Assembly (NCBI GenBank): GCA_047150005.1
Contig: AP038806.1
Span: 2,912,001-2,976,000, forward strand
Direction of reading: 5' to 3'
Length of the DNA: 64,000 nucleotides
Source of the DNA: Nitrospira sp.
Lineage (GTDB): Bacteria > Nitrospirota > Nitrospiria > Nitrospirales > Nitrospiraceae
The notes beneath the pieces were generated by a model that was not told where the DNA came from, made no database searches, and saw nothing but the letters and a program-made list of their open reading frames with translations. This document shows, one piece after another, positions 20,588 to 31,351 of this stretch (positions are counted from its first letter, which is position 1; each line of letters begins with the position of its first letter). Position numbers and translations under genes: made by a program.

Positions 20588-20721
20588 TCGTCACACGGGC
20601 CGGATTGTCGCTTGACTTGATGGAAGGGTATCCGTACGATTTCCTTGTTCGTCTCCGCCGGTCCTGTCGCAGGGCCGGCGGAGACGGGAAGCGGGCGTCT
20701 TCTTAAAGCAAGGATGACCGT

Positions 20722-21504
20722 ATGGCGAGCCATCTGCGGTGGGTCGCCGCAGCAGTCGTGCTGGCTGCCGCTCATGTATCGGTGTGCGACGCGGCCGTCG
20801 CTGAACGGAATCGTGCGGACGACGGCCTTCCCTTCCAGACGATCCTTGATTTGGAACAGAGTGCCCGCCTGCTGGCCATCCTGCTCGATTCGGGGCGTTC
20901 CGTCATCAACGAAAACCAACCCCTGTTCGATGATCCGGTGAAAGTGGACAAAGGCTTTACGCCCGAGGCCTTCGAGCGACAGCTCGTCGATATCTTCCGT
21001 ACGAGGTCGGGCCTTGATCTTGCCGATTTGGACTCGGCTCGTGTGCCACTCGCCGGCAAAAAATGGCTCAAAGATCTGCTCGCCGCGAGTAAGCAGGTCG
21101 TCAGAGAGGCTCAACCGGACATCAACCGCCCGGCCGCGCAATCGAAGTTGATTCCTGCGGTATTTGGGTTGCGCGTGGGCGGGCACTTTGCCGAGCGGAC
21201 GGGGATCCGGATGAAGCAAACGACCCTGGTTCCGAGAAATCCAGCCAATGCGCCGGATGCGGTCGAACGATCATCTCTGGAACTCTTTGCCGCTCCCGAT
21301 TATCCGCGTGAAAAGGCGATGAGCGAAGCCACGGCCAAGAGCGGGGTGTTCAGACTCATGTTTCCGCTGTACATGACCCGTCAGTGCCTGGAATGCCATG
21401 GAGAACCGAAGGGCTCGCTCGACAAGACGGGCTATGCACGGGAAGGATTGAAACTCGGGCAGAATGCCGGTGCCATCAGTGTGATGATCCCTATTACACC
21501 ATGA
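20722..21504 (+). CDS. DUF3365/Tll0287-like monoheme c protein
   Basis: PRNPANAPD, CLECHG, GAISV; signal peptide. Confidence 0.8.
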   Translation: MASHLRWVAAAVVLAAAHVSVCDAAVAERNRADDGLPFQTILDLEQSARLLAILLDSGRSVINENQPLFDDPVKVDKGFTPEAFERQLVDIFRTRSGLDLADLDSARVPLAGKKWLKDLLAASKQVVREAQPDINRPAAQSKLIPAVFGLRVGGHFAERTGIRMKQTTLVPRNPANAPDAVERSSLELFAAPDYPREKAMSEATAKSGVFRLMFPLYMTRQCLECHGEPKGSLDKTGYAREGLKLGQNAGAISVMIPITP

Positions 21505-23108
21505 CACGCGTTGCGCTTTCTCTTGGATTGATGTTGGTCTGGACGGCCGCCGCTATTGCGGCGGACCGTTTCGCGGGACCGCCCGAACGGCCGGCCGGCA
21601 GCGGAGTCATCGTGCATTCCGATGGCTACATTCTCACTGCGCAACATGTCATTGCCAACGCCCGCAGGGTGGTTGTGGTCACCTCGGGCGAAGTTCGCGC
21701 CGCGGCGATTGTAGTCAGCATCGATCCTGAACACGACCTGGCGCTGCTCAAAGCGGAAACGGTGGGCCTGACCGAAGCCTCTCTTGGTCATGCGGGCGGA
21801 GTGCGGCTGGATCAGGAAGTGGTAGCCGTCGGCTTTCCCTTCGGATTGCGGGAGGTCTCGGTGACGCGAGGGCGGATTGCGGCTGTGCGGACCAAAGGGG
21901 TGCAGCGCGTGTTTCAGGTCGATGCGGCGATCAATCCGGGAAACAGCGGCGGTCCGTTGTATAACACACAGGGCGAGCTGATCGGCATCCTGACGACCAA
22001 ATTCTCACATCCCTCCGGGATTGTTCCCGAGGGCATGGCCTTTGCCGTTCCGGTCAGTTATGCCACGCCGCTTCTCGCCAACATCGAGGGATTCGACTTC
22101 AGCATGGTCGGGAAGGGCCGCATTGGCAGGAAAGCAAAGAAGGGGAGGGCCACGGAGCAGGATCGTCTTGCCGACATGGTCGTACGGACGACAGTCAGAA
22201 TCGAGACTGTCCGTGGTGTAGAGGCTCCCCCGTCCGTCATACCGGCTCCGGTCGATGCCGTCAAACGGCCCGAGACTGCCTCGTCACCCGTCGGTCAGCC
22301 GCCGGGACAAAGCCGCGGTCCCCGGTACTCCGCTCCGGACCAGGCGTCGATTCAGCAAGTCAACGAGCAGCTCAGACTGGAACAGCAGGAACACCTGCAG
22401 CGATTGACTCAGCAAGGGGGCGGCGTCCCGGAAGGGATGGTGCTGATTCCCTCGGGAGAATTCCAGATGGGCGCCGAGGACGGCTTGCCGGATGCGCGCC
22501 CCATGCATCGCGTGTACGTGAGCACCTATTGGCTCGACCGCCACGAAGCGACCAATCGGCAGTATCGCCGATGCGTGGAGAGCGGAGGCTGCGCTCCTCC
22601 TAAAGATCAATCCGCCTATGAGGATCCGGATCTGGCCGATCATCCGGTGACCAATGTGACGTGGGCGCAGGCCCGTCATTATTGCGGATGGCTCGGGAAG
22701 CGACTGCCGACGGAGGCCGAATGGGAAAAGGCGGCCCGCGGGATCGACGGCCGACTGTACCCCTGGGGCAATACCGATGAGGCGGCAAAGGCAAGGCCGC
22801 GCCTCGCTGAGCGGACGAAGAACGGGACGGCTCCGGTCGGCACCATGGATTTTGCACGTTCTCCTTATGGCGTGGCCGATCTCGTCATGAATGTTTCCGA
22901 ATGGGTGAATGACTGGTACGCAGAGGACTTTTATCGATCCTCCCCCAGTCGCGACCCGCAAGGTCCCGCCCGGGGGACGTTCCGCGTGCTGCGCGGGGGC
23001 GAACCCAGCGACCGTCCGCTTGAGTTACGTGCCAGCTATCGGGGTTGGGATGACATGACGTATTGGGGCCCTTCGCTCGGCTTCCGCTGTGCGCAGGATG
23101 GGTCCTGA
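21501..23108 (+). CDS. Trypsin-like serine protease fused to an FGE-sulfatase (C-type lectin fold) domain
   Basis: TAQHV, HDLALL, NPGNSGGP triad; RLPTEAEWEKAARG, GFRCA. Confidence 0.88.
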   Translation: MTRVALSLGLMLVWTAAAIAADRFAGPPERPAGSGVIVHSDGYILTAQHVIANARRVVVVTSGEVRAAAIVVSIDPEHDLALLKAETVGLTEASLGHAGGVRLDQEVVAVGFPFGLREVSVTRGRIAAVRTKGVQRVFQVDAAINPGNSGGPLYNTQGELIGILTTKFSHPSGIVPEGMAFAVPVSYATPLLANIEGFDFSMVGKGRIGRKAKKGRATEQDRLADMVVRTTVRIETVRGVEAPPSVIPAPVDAVKRPETASSPVGQPPGQSRGPRYSAPDQASIQQVNEQLRLEQQEHLQRLTQQGGGVPEGMVLIPSGEFQMGAEDGLPDARPMHRVYVSTYWLDRHEATNRQYRRCVESGGCAPPKDQSAYEDPDLADHPVTNVTWAQARHYCGWLGKRLPTEAEWEKAARGIDGRLYPWGNTDEAAKARPRLAERTKNGTAPVGTMDFARSPYGVADLVMNVSEWVNDWYAEDFYRSSPSRDPQGPARGTFRVLRGGEPSDRPLELRASYRGWDDMTYWGPSLGFRCAQDGS

Positions 23109-23735
23109 ACCGGGTGGTGTCCTCAGGAACGCCAGGCAGCGGGCTAAGCCCTGGCAGGTCGAAAATCAAGCGGCCATCCAATGCCTGCCGCGCGCCGAAC
23201 GGTTTCTGACACCGTTGTCCTTCGCTGCCTCCTTTTCTTGGTCACCCACACTGCTGGCTGTGTTGCGCCATCATTCCTTGTTTGATGCAACGCCAACAAA
23301 CAGGGCAGATCTGACAAGGACAAGCGACACAATGGATGGCTGCCCCTAAGTGGCACAGACACGAGCAAATCGCCTCTGCTTCCACTGCGTCATACACGAA
23401 CCATCTCCACACGCGTATGAAAAGACTCGATTCCGAATCCTGTGCCCTGGCGGTGGCTCGTGGGATCATGGTGAGTCCTCTTACCCACAGTGATTGAGCA
23501 AGACGAGTGCCAAGGGCCGCACGAAGTGCTCGTACCATTGTTCGTTCACCAAAGTGCTTGCGGTACAACGAATCATCTGGGATAGACGGACATGAGGGTG
23601 TGGACCCCTGAATCCAATCCAATCCGACGGATTCCAGGAAAGATTCAGCGGCCTGCTGTCCGTTTCGGGAGGCGCCCCTACTTTCTCTTCAACCAATACT
23701 TGTTGGATGTCCTCTGCGTTCACGACGCGTGAGCC

Positions 23736-24815
23736 ATGTCAATTAGTACGAGGCTAGCTCAACGCCTGCAGATCTATATTGAGCCTCCGGCCTGTCGAGT
23801 CCGGGACGTTGCGGTGTCGATTGCATATCTGAAGGGCGGGGACAAGGAAGTCCACACGGGCATTCTGACGCAGGCTGGTCGATTTTCGCCTGACTCGATC
23901 CGCGTCGATTCCCCGTATTCGATTCAAAGCATTTCAAAAAGCCTGACAGCGGCGGCCGTTCTTCGGCTCGTAGCCATGGGTAAGTTGGCGTTGGACAATC
24001 CGCTAGCCCAGTGGCTGCCGGATGTTCCCAATGCCTCCCGTATCACTCTACGGCAATGTCTTCAGCACACCAGCGGGTTGCCCGAATATGGTGCGGTGCC
24101 GGCGTACTACGAAGCAGTCAAGCAACAGGCACCCCCTTGGACGTTCGCCGAATTTCTGGAACGGACCCATGCGAAGCAATTGCTTTTCGAGCCGGGACAG
24201 GGGTGGCGATACTCCAACATCGGCTACATGATTGTGCGCCGGTTAATCGAAACCGTGTGCGGGAAAAGCTTCACCGAGATTATCTCCGGAGAAGTCTGCC
24301 AGCCTCTCGGTCTGTCCCACACCTTCGTGATACAGAATCGAGATGACTTCCAGACGTTGGTGCCAGCGTACAGTTTCTCGATCTCGTCGGATGGGCTCCC
24401 GGTCGACGTTCGACCAAGGTATGACCCAGGCTGGGTAGCGACCGGCGTCACCGCGTCCACGGCCTCCGATCTCGTCCTCTTCTATGAGCGGTTGTTTGCG
24501 GGACTGTTGATTCCTCCCTCTCTGCTGGATGAGATGTGTTCGGTCGTGCGTACCGGGGTCCCACCTACTCAACGATGCGTTGCGCCGAGCTATGGGCTTG
24601 GGCTTATTGCTGATCCCCAGTGTCCCTATGGCGTCCTCTATGGTCACAACGGTGCCGGGCCGGGCTATACGTCAATAGCATTGCACGTTCTCACTCCTGC
24701 CGGGCAACCGGTGACGGTTGCCGTGCTCTCAAACATCGAAAATGTCTACGAAGTCGAACTCCTGGTGTTCACGCTGATCGATGAACTCATCCAAGACCTC
24801 GACGCTACGCATTGA
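23736..24815 (+). CDS. Serine hydrolase, beta-lactamase / D-Ala-D-Ala carboxypeptidase family
   Basis: SISK (SxxK), HTSGL, YSN, GHNG. Confidence 0.88.
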   Translation: MSISTRLAQRLQIYIEPPACRVRDVAVSIAYLKGGDKEVHTGILTQAGRFSPDSIRVDSPYSIQSISKSLTAAAVLRLVAMGKLALDNPLAQWLPDVPNASRITLRQCLQHTSGLPEYGAVPAYYEAVKQQAPPWTFAEFLERTHAKQLLFEPGQGWRYSNIGYMIVRRLIETVCGKSFTEIISGEVCQPLGLSHTFVIQNRDDFQTLVPAYSFSISSDGLPVDVRPRYDPGWVATGVTASTASDLVLFYERLFAGLLIPPSLLDEMCSVVRTGVPPTQRCVAPSYGLGLIADPQCPYGVLYGHNGAGPGYTSIALHVLTPAGQPVTVAVLSNIENVYEVELLVFTLIDELIQDLDATH

Positions 24816-24947
24816 GGGCTGTGAAACGGTTCCTGCCACGGTTTCCTGTCCCTGACCCTTTTCTTGGTTCGAGGTCGGGAGCTTGCGGCGGAGAGACCAC
24901 AGTCCTAGAATGTGCGTCCTTCGTATCCGAGCCATAAGGAGGCGATC

Positions 24948-25310
24948 ATGCTCGTCCATCAACTTCTTGGCAACGAAGGTATCTTGTTGATCCATCCGGA
25001 CGGACCGATTGCGGTTGGGGATTTCGAAGCAGTGGCCAGATCAGTTGATCCTTACATCGAACAAAAAGGAACCTTGCGAGGTGTCATGATCCAGGCCCAG
25101 TCGTTTCCAGGCTGGGAGAGCTTTGCTGCGCTCATGTCGCATATGCGCTTCGTTCGCGACCATCACCGATCCATCGGGAAAGTGGCTGCCGTCTCCGACA
25201 GCGCCATTCTTTCGATCGCTCCGCAAATCGCCAAACATTTTGTCCAAGCCGAGATTCGTCACTTTAGCGCGGAGGATCGCGACGTCGCGCTTGCCTGGCT
25301 GCGGGAGTGA
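24948..25310 (+). CDS. STAS/SEC14 (SpoIIAA-like) protein
   Basis: FPGWESFAALMSHMRFVRDHHR..KVAAVSD...ALAWL. Confidence 0.85.
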   Translation: MLVHQLLGNEGILLIHPDGPIAVGDFEAVARSVDPYIEQKGTLRGVMIQAQSFPGWESFAALMSHMRFVRDHHRSIGKVAAVSDSAILSIAPQIAKHFVQAEIRHFSAEDRDVALAWLRE

Positions 25311-25397
25311 TGCGAAAGACCGCAACTAGAACGGGGTTTCGGCAACGACCGATTACACGCGGCGGAGTGTTGTAGCGACGCCGTCCCCTGGGATAAA

Positions 25398-26342
25398 TTG
25401 CAGACCGTCAATCTGTGGCGGAGGTGTATCGTGTCATCCTTGTCGGTTGAACCGGAGAGACCAAAAAGTCCTCCCGAATTTGGAAGCCCCATTCCCTACT
25501 GCAAGGCGAAAACCGTCCCCGGCGCCGAAAAGCGGTCCTGGAATCGTTGGTTGTCTCCAACGAAACGGCAGCTCGTGATCACGCTTCTGGTGTTAGGTAT
25601 TGCTCCAGCACACGCAGAATTGGCGCTGGTTTGTGGCATCGTTCAAGCGGACACGGCTCTTGCTCCGCTTGGCCACGCACCGATTCTTGATGGCAAACCG
25701 GCGGCGGTCGTACCTGCTCCCCAGGCCGAGTCCTGGTGGACAACCAGACACGAGCATCTACTCGCACGCCTTCGCCAAGGCAATGTTGGTCTCCTGTTCA
25801 TTGGAGATTCCATTACACAAGGATGGGCAACTAAGGGTCTGCGCGTGTGGGACAAGTATTATGAGCGCCGCCGTGCCGTGAATTTGGGATTCGCAGGGGA
25901 TCGCACCGAACATGTGTTGTGGCGCTTGGACCATGGGGAAATGGACGGGATTACTCCCAAACTGATTGTGCTGATGATTGGAACCAACAACTCGGGTCAT
26001 CGTCAGGATCCACCGGCGGAGACTGCCGCAGGCATAGAGGCGATACTTAGAACCATACAAATGGGCCTCCCAGGCACAAAAATTCTACTGTTAGCCATAT
26101 TCCCCCGTGGTGCTTCGGCAGATGACCAACTCCGTCAGTTGAACGCGGCCACCAATGAGCACATCCGTCACTTCGCCGACAACCAGCAAGTCTTTTTCTT
26201 GGACCTCAGCCAGCGCTTTCTGGATGACCAGGAACATCTCTCTCAAGAGCTCTTGCCCGATTACCTGCACCTCAGCGAGAGCGGGTACGATGTGTGGGCC
26301 GACGGCATGGAGACCATGGTCAAGACGCTGCTTGGCGAATGA
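25398..26342 (+). CDS. SGNH/GDSL hydrolase (PAF-acetylhydrolase-like)
   Basis: FIGDSIT, GDRTEHVLWRL, IGTNN, DYLH; true start probably downstream. Confidence 0.85.
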   Translation: MQTVNLWRRCIVSSLSVEPERPKSPPEFGSPIPYCKAKTVPGAEKRSWNRWLSPTKRQLVITLLVLGIAPAHAELALVCGIVQADTALAPLGHAPILDGKPAAVVPAPQAESWWTTRHEHLLARLRQGNVGLLFIGDSITQGWATKGLRVWDKYYERRRAVNLGFAGDRTEHVLWRLDHGEMDGITPKLIVLMIGTNNSGHRQDPPAETAAGIEAILRTIQMGLPGTKILLLAIFPRGASADDQLRQLNAATNEHIRHFADNQQVFFLDLSQRFLDDQEHLSQELLPDYLHLSESGYDVWADGMETMVKTLLGE

Positions 26343-26435
26343 AGCCAAAGTACCAGACCCATAGTTCTCATTCGAAAGACGAGGCAGGTAGGCGCTACCT
26401 TGTCAGGAAGCGCGACAAACCGGAAACGCTCAACG

Positions 26436-27695
26436 ATGAACGAAGAGCATCGACGCATCGAGTTTCTCGATCACTTGCGAGGCGTGGCGATCGCGATGGT
26501 TTTTTGTTTCCATGTCTTTGGAGAAACATTCGCGAGCGACTCTCCGCAATGGGGCCGATGGTTTGTGGATATCGTTCCCAACGGCCTGTCGTACGTTCTG
26601 CTGTTTCCCTTTACGTATGGCTGGTTGGGCGTCGCCATATTCTTCGTCATAAGCGGATTCTGCATCCATTTGAGCTATGAACGGGACCACACAAGAGAGT
26701 TCAGCAGATTCTTCGTCCGCCGATTTTTCCGCATCTACCCGCCCTACTTAATCGCCGTTATACTCTTTGCTTTCGTCATCACTCCCTACCCGGCCCCGAC
26801 GACAACGAGGGATTGGGTGACCCATGCATTACTTATTAATAACCTCGACGAGCAGTCATTCTTTTCACTCAATCCTTCGTTCTGGACTATCGCCGTTGAA
26901 GCTCAGCTCTACGCTCTCTACCCTCTCCTGGTTCTCGCGGCACAAAGGTTTGGGTGGGGAGCTAGCCTCTGGTTGGCCGGTTCTGTCGCATTATCGATCA
27001 AGGCCTATTCCATTCTGCAAGTGTTTTATGAAGGCACCATGATCCCGCTCCCTTCCTGGCTCTGGCACAGTCCGTTCAGATACTGGTTTGCATGGGCGCT
27101 TGGTGCAAAACTCGCCGATGATTTCCTGCACCGTCAGAGAAGCGTGCTCTCAAAAGTTCCCATCTGGGTTTGGCCATCTCTCACCATCCTCAGCGGCATT
27201 CTGAAGCCCATTGCACCATTTATGTGGGAGTTCGCCGCACTCGCGACGGGGACTGTAATAGCCCATCTCCTCGTGCGTCCGCTTTCTCAGACCTTCCTTT
27301 CTCACTTCTTAGTACGACATATGCGAACAGTCGGTCTTGCGAGCTATAGCATGTACCTCGCTCATCAACCGATCTTGTCATGGCTCCGGAGACAGGCTTT
27401 CCCTGCGGTCATTTCGGGCGACGTGCACCCGTTCATGATTGTTCTGTTTTGTATGGGTGCGTGGTTGCCGATACTATCTCTTGCGTGGCTCCTGTACAGA
27501 TTCGTCGAAATCCCCAGCATCAGCCTTGGAAAGCAATTCCTGAGACATCGCCAGGCTGGCCGATCGGTTGTCCATGGGCGTTGTCGTTCAATCGGTGCCA
27601 AGGAGATTATGGAGATCAACTCGGAGGGTTCCCTCGAAAGCAACGAGACGACTCAACTTGGTGACACCAGCGGGGAGCTTCATCACCGGAAGTAG
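26436..27695 (+). CDS. Acyltransferase-3 (OafA-like) membrane protein
   Basis: LDHLRGVAI, GVAIFFVISGF, RRFFRIYP, WTIAVEAQLY, SYSMYLAH. Confidence 0.9.
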   Translation: MNEEHRRIEFLDHLRGVAIAMVFCFHVFGETFASDSPQWGRWFVDIVPNGLSYVLLFPFTYGWLGVAIFFVISGFCIHLSYERDHTREFSRFFVRRFFRIYPPYLIAVILFAFVITPYPAPTTTRDWVTHALLINNLDEQSFFSLNPSFWTIAVEAQLYALYPLLVLAAQRFGWGASLWLAGSVALSIKAYSILQVFYEGTMIPLPSWLWHSPFRYWFAWALGAKLADDFLHRQRSVLSKVPIWVWPSLTILSGILKPIAPFMWEFAALATGTVIAHLLVRPLSQTFLSHFLVRHMRTVGLASYSMYLAHQPILSWLRRQAFPAVISGDVHPFMIVLFCMGAWLPILSLAWLLYRFVEIPSISLGKQFLRHRQAGRSVVHGRCRSIGAKEIMEINSEGSLESNETTQLGDTSGELHHRK

Positions 27696-27874
27696 CCCAT
27701 GTGGAGTACACGCATATATATCTGCTGTACGGTTGGGAAGAGATACGGGCACGGACACGTATGTCCGCGGTGGCCATTGCGGATTACCAGATCAGTCGGA
27801 GGGCCTGATTTACAGCCGGACATGATCACCAGTATCGGGATAAAGACCGCACCGAGAAAAACAGCTCGGCTCAT
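27683..27874 (-). pseudogene. Truncated paralog of the lipoprotein at 30855-31202
   Basis: GCKSGPPTDLVIRNGHRG versus GCKSGPPPHLIIRNDHRG; similarity stops after about 37 aa; IS481 inserted 1 bp upstream of the ATG. Confidence 0.75.
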
Positions 27875-27875
27875 A

Positions 27876-29024
27876 TGTGGAAGCTAGAACTTAATCTGAC
27901 AGTCAGCTAGAGTCCTCCCTCTTCACGAAAGGAGCGAGGACCATGACGACGGAACAAAAGATCATTAAGACGAAAGTCGGCGTGCTGGAACTGGCGAAGC
28001 AGCTCGGCAATGTCTCCAAAGCCTGCCAGCTGATGGGGTATAGCCGCGATAGTTTCTATCGATTCAAGGAACTCTACGAGACCGGCGGCGAGGCCGCGCT
28101 TCAAGAGATTTCGCGGCAGAAGCCGCTCCTCAAGAATCGGGTGGCACCCGAGGTGGAACAGGCCATCGTGCAGATCGCTATTGAGCAACCCGCGTGGGGA
28201 CAAGCCCGCGTGGCGAATGAACTGCGCAAGCAGGCGCTGTCCATCTCCCCAGCGGGCGTGCGCTGTATCTGGCTCCGCCATGATCTCGCAACGATGCGGA
28301 AACGCTTAAAGGCACTGGAAGCGAAGGTAGCCCAAGCGGGACTGGTGCTTACCGAGGCCCAAGTCGTGGCGCTGGAGAAGGCGACGGCGGACAAAGAGGC
28401 CCACGGCGAATTTGAGAGCGAATGTCCCGGCTACTGCGGCGCGCAGGATACGTTCTACGTCGGCACCTTGAAGGGCGTCGGCCGCATCTACCAGCAAACC
28501 TTCATCGATACCTACAGCAAGGTGGGATTTGCGAAGCTGTACGACCGCAAGACGCCGGTGACGGCCGCGGAATTGCTCAATGATCGGGTCTTGCCGTTCT
28601 TCGAGCAGCATGCCATTCCGCTGAACCGTGTGCTCACGGATCGCGGCACGGAATACTGTGGAACTCCGGAGCGCCATGAGTACGAACTCTATCTGGCCGT
28701 GGAGAACATCGATCATACGCGCACCAAGACGCGGCATCCCCAGACCAACGGGATCTGTGAACGGTTCCACAAGACCATGTTGAACGAGTTTTACCGCGTG
28801 GCGCTCCGCAAGAAGATCTATCGAACGCTGGAGGACCTCCAGGCTGACTTGGATGCGTGGATCCAGGAGTACAACGAGCAGCGCCCCCACCAAGGGCGCT
28901 GGTGCTATGGCAAGACACCGATGCAGACGTTTCTCGATAGTGTGCCACTGGCCAAGGAGAAAATGTTAGCGGCCTAAACCCGGTGAGGACTCGCTGTCTG
29001 TCAGATGAAGTCGTGAGTTATACA
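27876..29024 (+). mobile_element. IS481-family insertion sequence, copy 1
   Basis: TGT...ACA ends with imperfect terminal inverted repeats; flanked by direct repeat GCTCATA; 1149 bp. Confidence 0.92.
27943..28977 (+). CDS. IS481-family transposase
   Basis: [29 protein letters not shown] core. Confidence 0.95.
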   Translation: MTTEQKIIKTKVGVLELAKQLGNVSKACQLMGYSRDSFYRFKELYETGGEAALQEISRQKPLLKNRVAPEVEQAIVQIAIEQPAWGQARVANELRKQALSISPAGVRCIWLRHDLATMRKRLKALEAKVAQAGLVLTEAQVVALEKATADKEAHGEFESECPGYCGAQDTFYVGTLKGVGRIYQQTFIDTYSKVGFAKLYDRKTPVTAAELLNDRVLPFFEQHAIPLNRVLTDRGTEYCGTPERHEYELYLAVENIDHTRTKTRHPQTNGICERFHKTMLNEFYRVALRKKIYRTLEDLQADLDAWIQEYNEQRPHQGRWCYGKTPMQTFLDSVPLAKEKMLAA

Positions 29025-29048
29025 GCTCATAGTCAGAACCTGAGCTAA

Positions 29049-30226
29049 GGAAGGTCTGATTTATTCCTCTTCCGAGATATGCTAAGGATGGCGCCTCACT
29101 TCTGAGGAGGCACCCCCATGCCGCAACAGACCTTTGCCGAGGGCACGTTCGAACAGTATCGCAAACCCACCCGCCGCGAGCGGTTCCTCGACGAGATGGA
29201 TCGCGTGGTGCCGTGGGCGGAGTTGGTGGCCGTGATCGAGCCGGTCTATCCCAAGGCCGAGGGCCCGGGGCGTCCACCGATCGGGATCGAACGCATGCTG
29301 CGCCTCCATTGTCTGCAACAATGGTTCAACCTGTCGGACCCCGCCGTGGAGGAAGCGTTGTACGACTCGCGGGCCATGCGGCAGTTCGTGGGCATTGATC
29401 TGGGCCGTGAGCCCGTGCCCGACGAGACGACCATCTGCAAGTTTCGGCATCTCTTGGAGGCCCACGAGTTGGGGAAACAGCTCTTTGCGCGGATCGGCAC
29501 GTATCTGGCGGCGCAGGGCTTGACCGTGAGCCGGGGCACCATCGTGGATGCCACCATTATCAGTGCCCCCAGTTCGACGAAGAATCGTACGAAGGAGCGG
29601 GATCCGGAGATGCATCAGACAAAGAAGGGAAACCAGTGGTACTTCGGCATGAAGGCCCATATTGGCGTGGACAGCCGCACCAAGCTGATTCATTCGGTCG
29701 CGGCCACGGCGGCGAATATCCATGACAGTCAGGTGTTGCCCAAACTGCTGCATGGGCAGGAGACCCGGGTGTGGGGCGACTCAGCTTATAGCGGGCAACG
29801 TGACGTGATGCAGCGCCACGCCCCCAGGGCCAAGAGCTTCGTGCAGACGAAAGCCCATCGCCATCAGCCGCTGAGTGAACCGGAGCGGGCCAGGAACCGG
29901 ACGAAGTCGAAGGTCCGTGCGAAGGTCGAACATGTGTTCTTGGTGATGAAGCGGATCTTCGGCTGGGCCAAAGTCCGGTACCGTGGGTTGGCGAAGAACA
30001 CCCACTGGCTCCAGATCAGCTGCGGCTTGGCCAATCTGTACATGGTGCGGCGACGGCTTTTGGCGGAGACGTAGGGAACGGGGGTCCGGAGACTGGCAAC
30101 GAGCCATCGGACGGTGGGTGCGCCCCATGAACAGGCTCCCGGACCAGCGGATGCCTACCGGATTCGTCCTGCTGATCAGCCCAGGAACAAATTTCTGAGT
30201 GGAAATGTGAATAAATCAGACCTTCC
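29049..30226 (+). mobile_element. IS5-family insertion sequence, copy 1
   Basis: Perfect 18-bp terminal inverted repeat GGAAGGTCTGATTTATTC; CTAA target duplication; 1178 bp. Confidence 0.95.
29118..30074 (+). CDS. IS5-family transposase
   Basis: VPDETTICKFRH, IVDATII, WYFGMKAHIGVD, RAKVEH, RYRGLAKN. Confidence 0.96.
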   Translation: MPQQTFAEGTFEQYRKPTRRERFLDEMDRVVPWAELVAVIEPVYPKAEGPGRPPIGIERMLRLHCLQQWFNLSDPAVEEALYDSRAMRQFVGIDLGREPVPDETTICKFRHLLEAHELGKQLFARIGTYLAAQGLTVSRGTIVDATIISAPSSTKNRTKERDPEMHQTKKGNQWYFGMKAHIGVDSRTKLIHSVAATAANIHDSQVLPKLLHGQETRVWGDSAYSGQRDVMQRHAPRAKSFVQTKAHRHQPLSEPERARNRTKSKVRAKVEHVFLVMKRIFGWAKVRYRGLAKNTHWLQISCGLANLYMVRRRLLAET

Positions 30227-30241
30227 CTAAGAAGCTGAGAA

Positions 30242-30280
30242 GGTAGGGGGCAGCCACAGACTTGTGTGACTGCCCCTACC
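30242..30280. repeat. GTAG-type REP-like palindrome
   Basis: GGTAGGGGGCAG...CTGCCCCTACC imperfect hairpin. Confidence 0.6.
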
Positions 30281-30317
30281 GAACTCAACTCAGCCCAACT
30301 GCAGGCATCGAGAGATG

Positions 30318-30845
30318 CTATGCCGCCACTTTGGACGCCATGCGCTCACAAGATCCCGCACACTGTCGACACATCTCAGCGCACCTCTTCACGATCTGAT
30401 CGTCCGCTGCCACCTTCACACAGTTCTCGGCGCATTGCCGGCAAACCTCTGCACAAAGACCACACATTCGTTCGTGAAGCGATGACCCTCGTAGCAGGTA
30501 TTCGGCAGTGGTTTCGCAAAGTTGAGCGCAATCCAGCAATAAGCGGATGTGGTCGGGGGCGACATGACGCCCGCCGAGGTTCAGACAATGCCCAACCGTT
30601 TGCGTGCAGAGCGCATAGCAGTCTTGGCACAGCTCGATGCATTTTCCCATCTCGTCGTCCGTGTGATGCCCCCCTTGGACCGGTAAGGCATGCCCTTCGG
30701 AGCAGGGCTCATGCATCGGATCATCGCTGTCGCCACGGGTCGCGGCATACAGGCTCGGCGACATCATGAACGAAGCACCGGTGACGACCAGAGACGCGCC
30801 GGTGGAAAGAAAGGTTCTTCTGTTTATCGTGTTGATGGCTGGCAT
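30318..30845 (-). CDS. Tat-exported four-helix-bundle copper storage protein (Csp/DUF326 family)
   Basis: NRRTFL twin-arginine signal; 17 Cys mostly in CxxC/CxxxC spacing. Confidence 0.85.
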   Translation of the reverse strand: MPAINTINRRTFLSTGASLVVTGASFMMSPSLYAATRGDSDDPMHEPCSEGHALPVQGGHHTDDEMGKCIELCQDCYALCTQTVGHCLNLGGRHVAPDHIRLLLDCAQLCETTAEYLLRGSSLHERMCGLCAEVCRQCAENCVKVAADDQIVKRCAEMCRQCAGSCERMASKVAA

Positions 30846-30854
30846 AACTCCTCC

Positions 30855-31202
30855 TTAAGTGGCGTATTGTTCGCGGCCACGTTCGTTGTGACGGTGATAC
30901 TTTGCCAAAGTCTCTGCCTCGTCGGCAGCGTGCGTATAGTATTTGACGAAGGTGTCACAGGAAGCGATGAGATCCTGCTTGGTTTCCTTTGGCGAAGGCT
31001 GAAACAGCGGATCTTCATACTGCTGAATCAGGTGTCGGCAATGCTCTGCCTTGCTGCGGAGTTGAGTTGCTTCCTCTTCATACCATTCCGCAAGTCCACG
31101 ATGATCATTGCGGATGATGAGATGAGGAGGTGGACCGGACTTACAGCCGGGCGCTACCAGCAGTAACGGGACAAGCAGTGCACCGAACCACGCTCGGAGC
31201 AT
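30855..31202 (-). CDS. Lipoprotein, hypothetical
   Basis: Lipobox-like APGC; helical His-containing repeats; 9 bp upstream of the Csp gene. Confidence 0.7.
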   Translation of the reverse strand: MLRAWFGALLVPLLLVAPGCKSGPPPHLIIRNDHRGLAEWYEEEATQLRSKAEHCRHLIQQYEDPLFQPSPKETKQDLIASCDTFVKYYTHAADEAETLAKYHRHNERGREQYAT

Positions 31203-31351
31203 CGTTTCGCCTTCGCCACACGGCCCACTTGGACAGCCTTGGCGTCGACCTTGAGTTAAGAATCTGAGATTGGGACAAATGGAGCAGCGAGTTTCGTCTT
31301 CCCCTCGAGCTCAGTTCAGCCCAAGTGCAGATACGAAACCCGAAGGAGGTA

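Noticed and set aside
22430..23108. FGE-sulfatase domain as a diversity-generating retroelement target
   Set aside because: No template repeat or reverse transcriptase is visible in the window.
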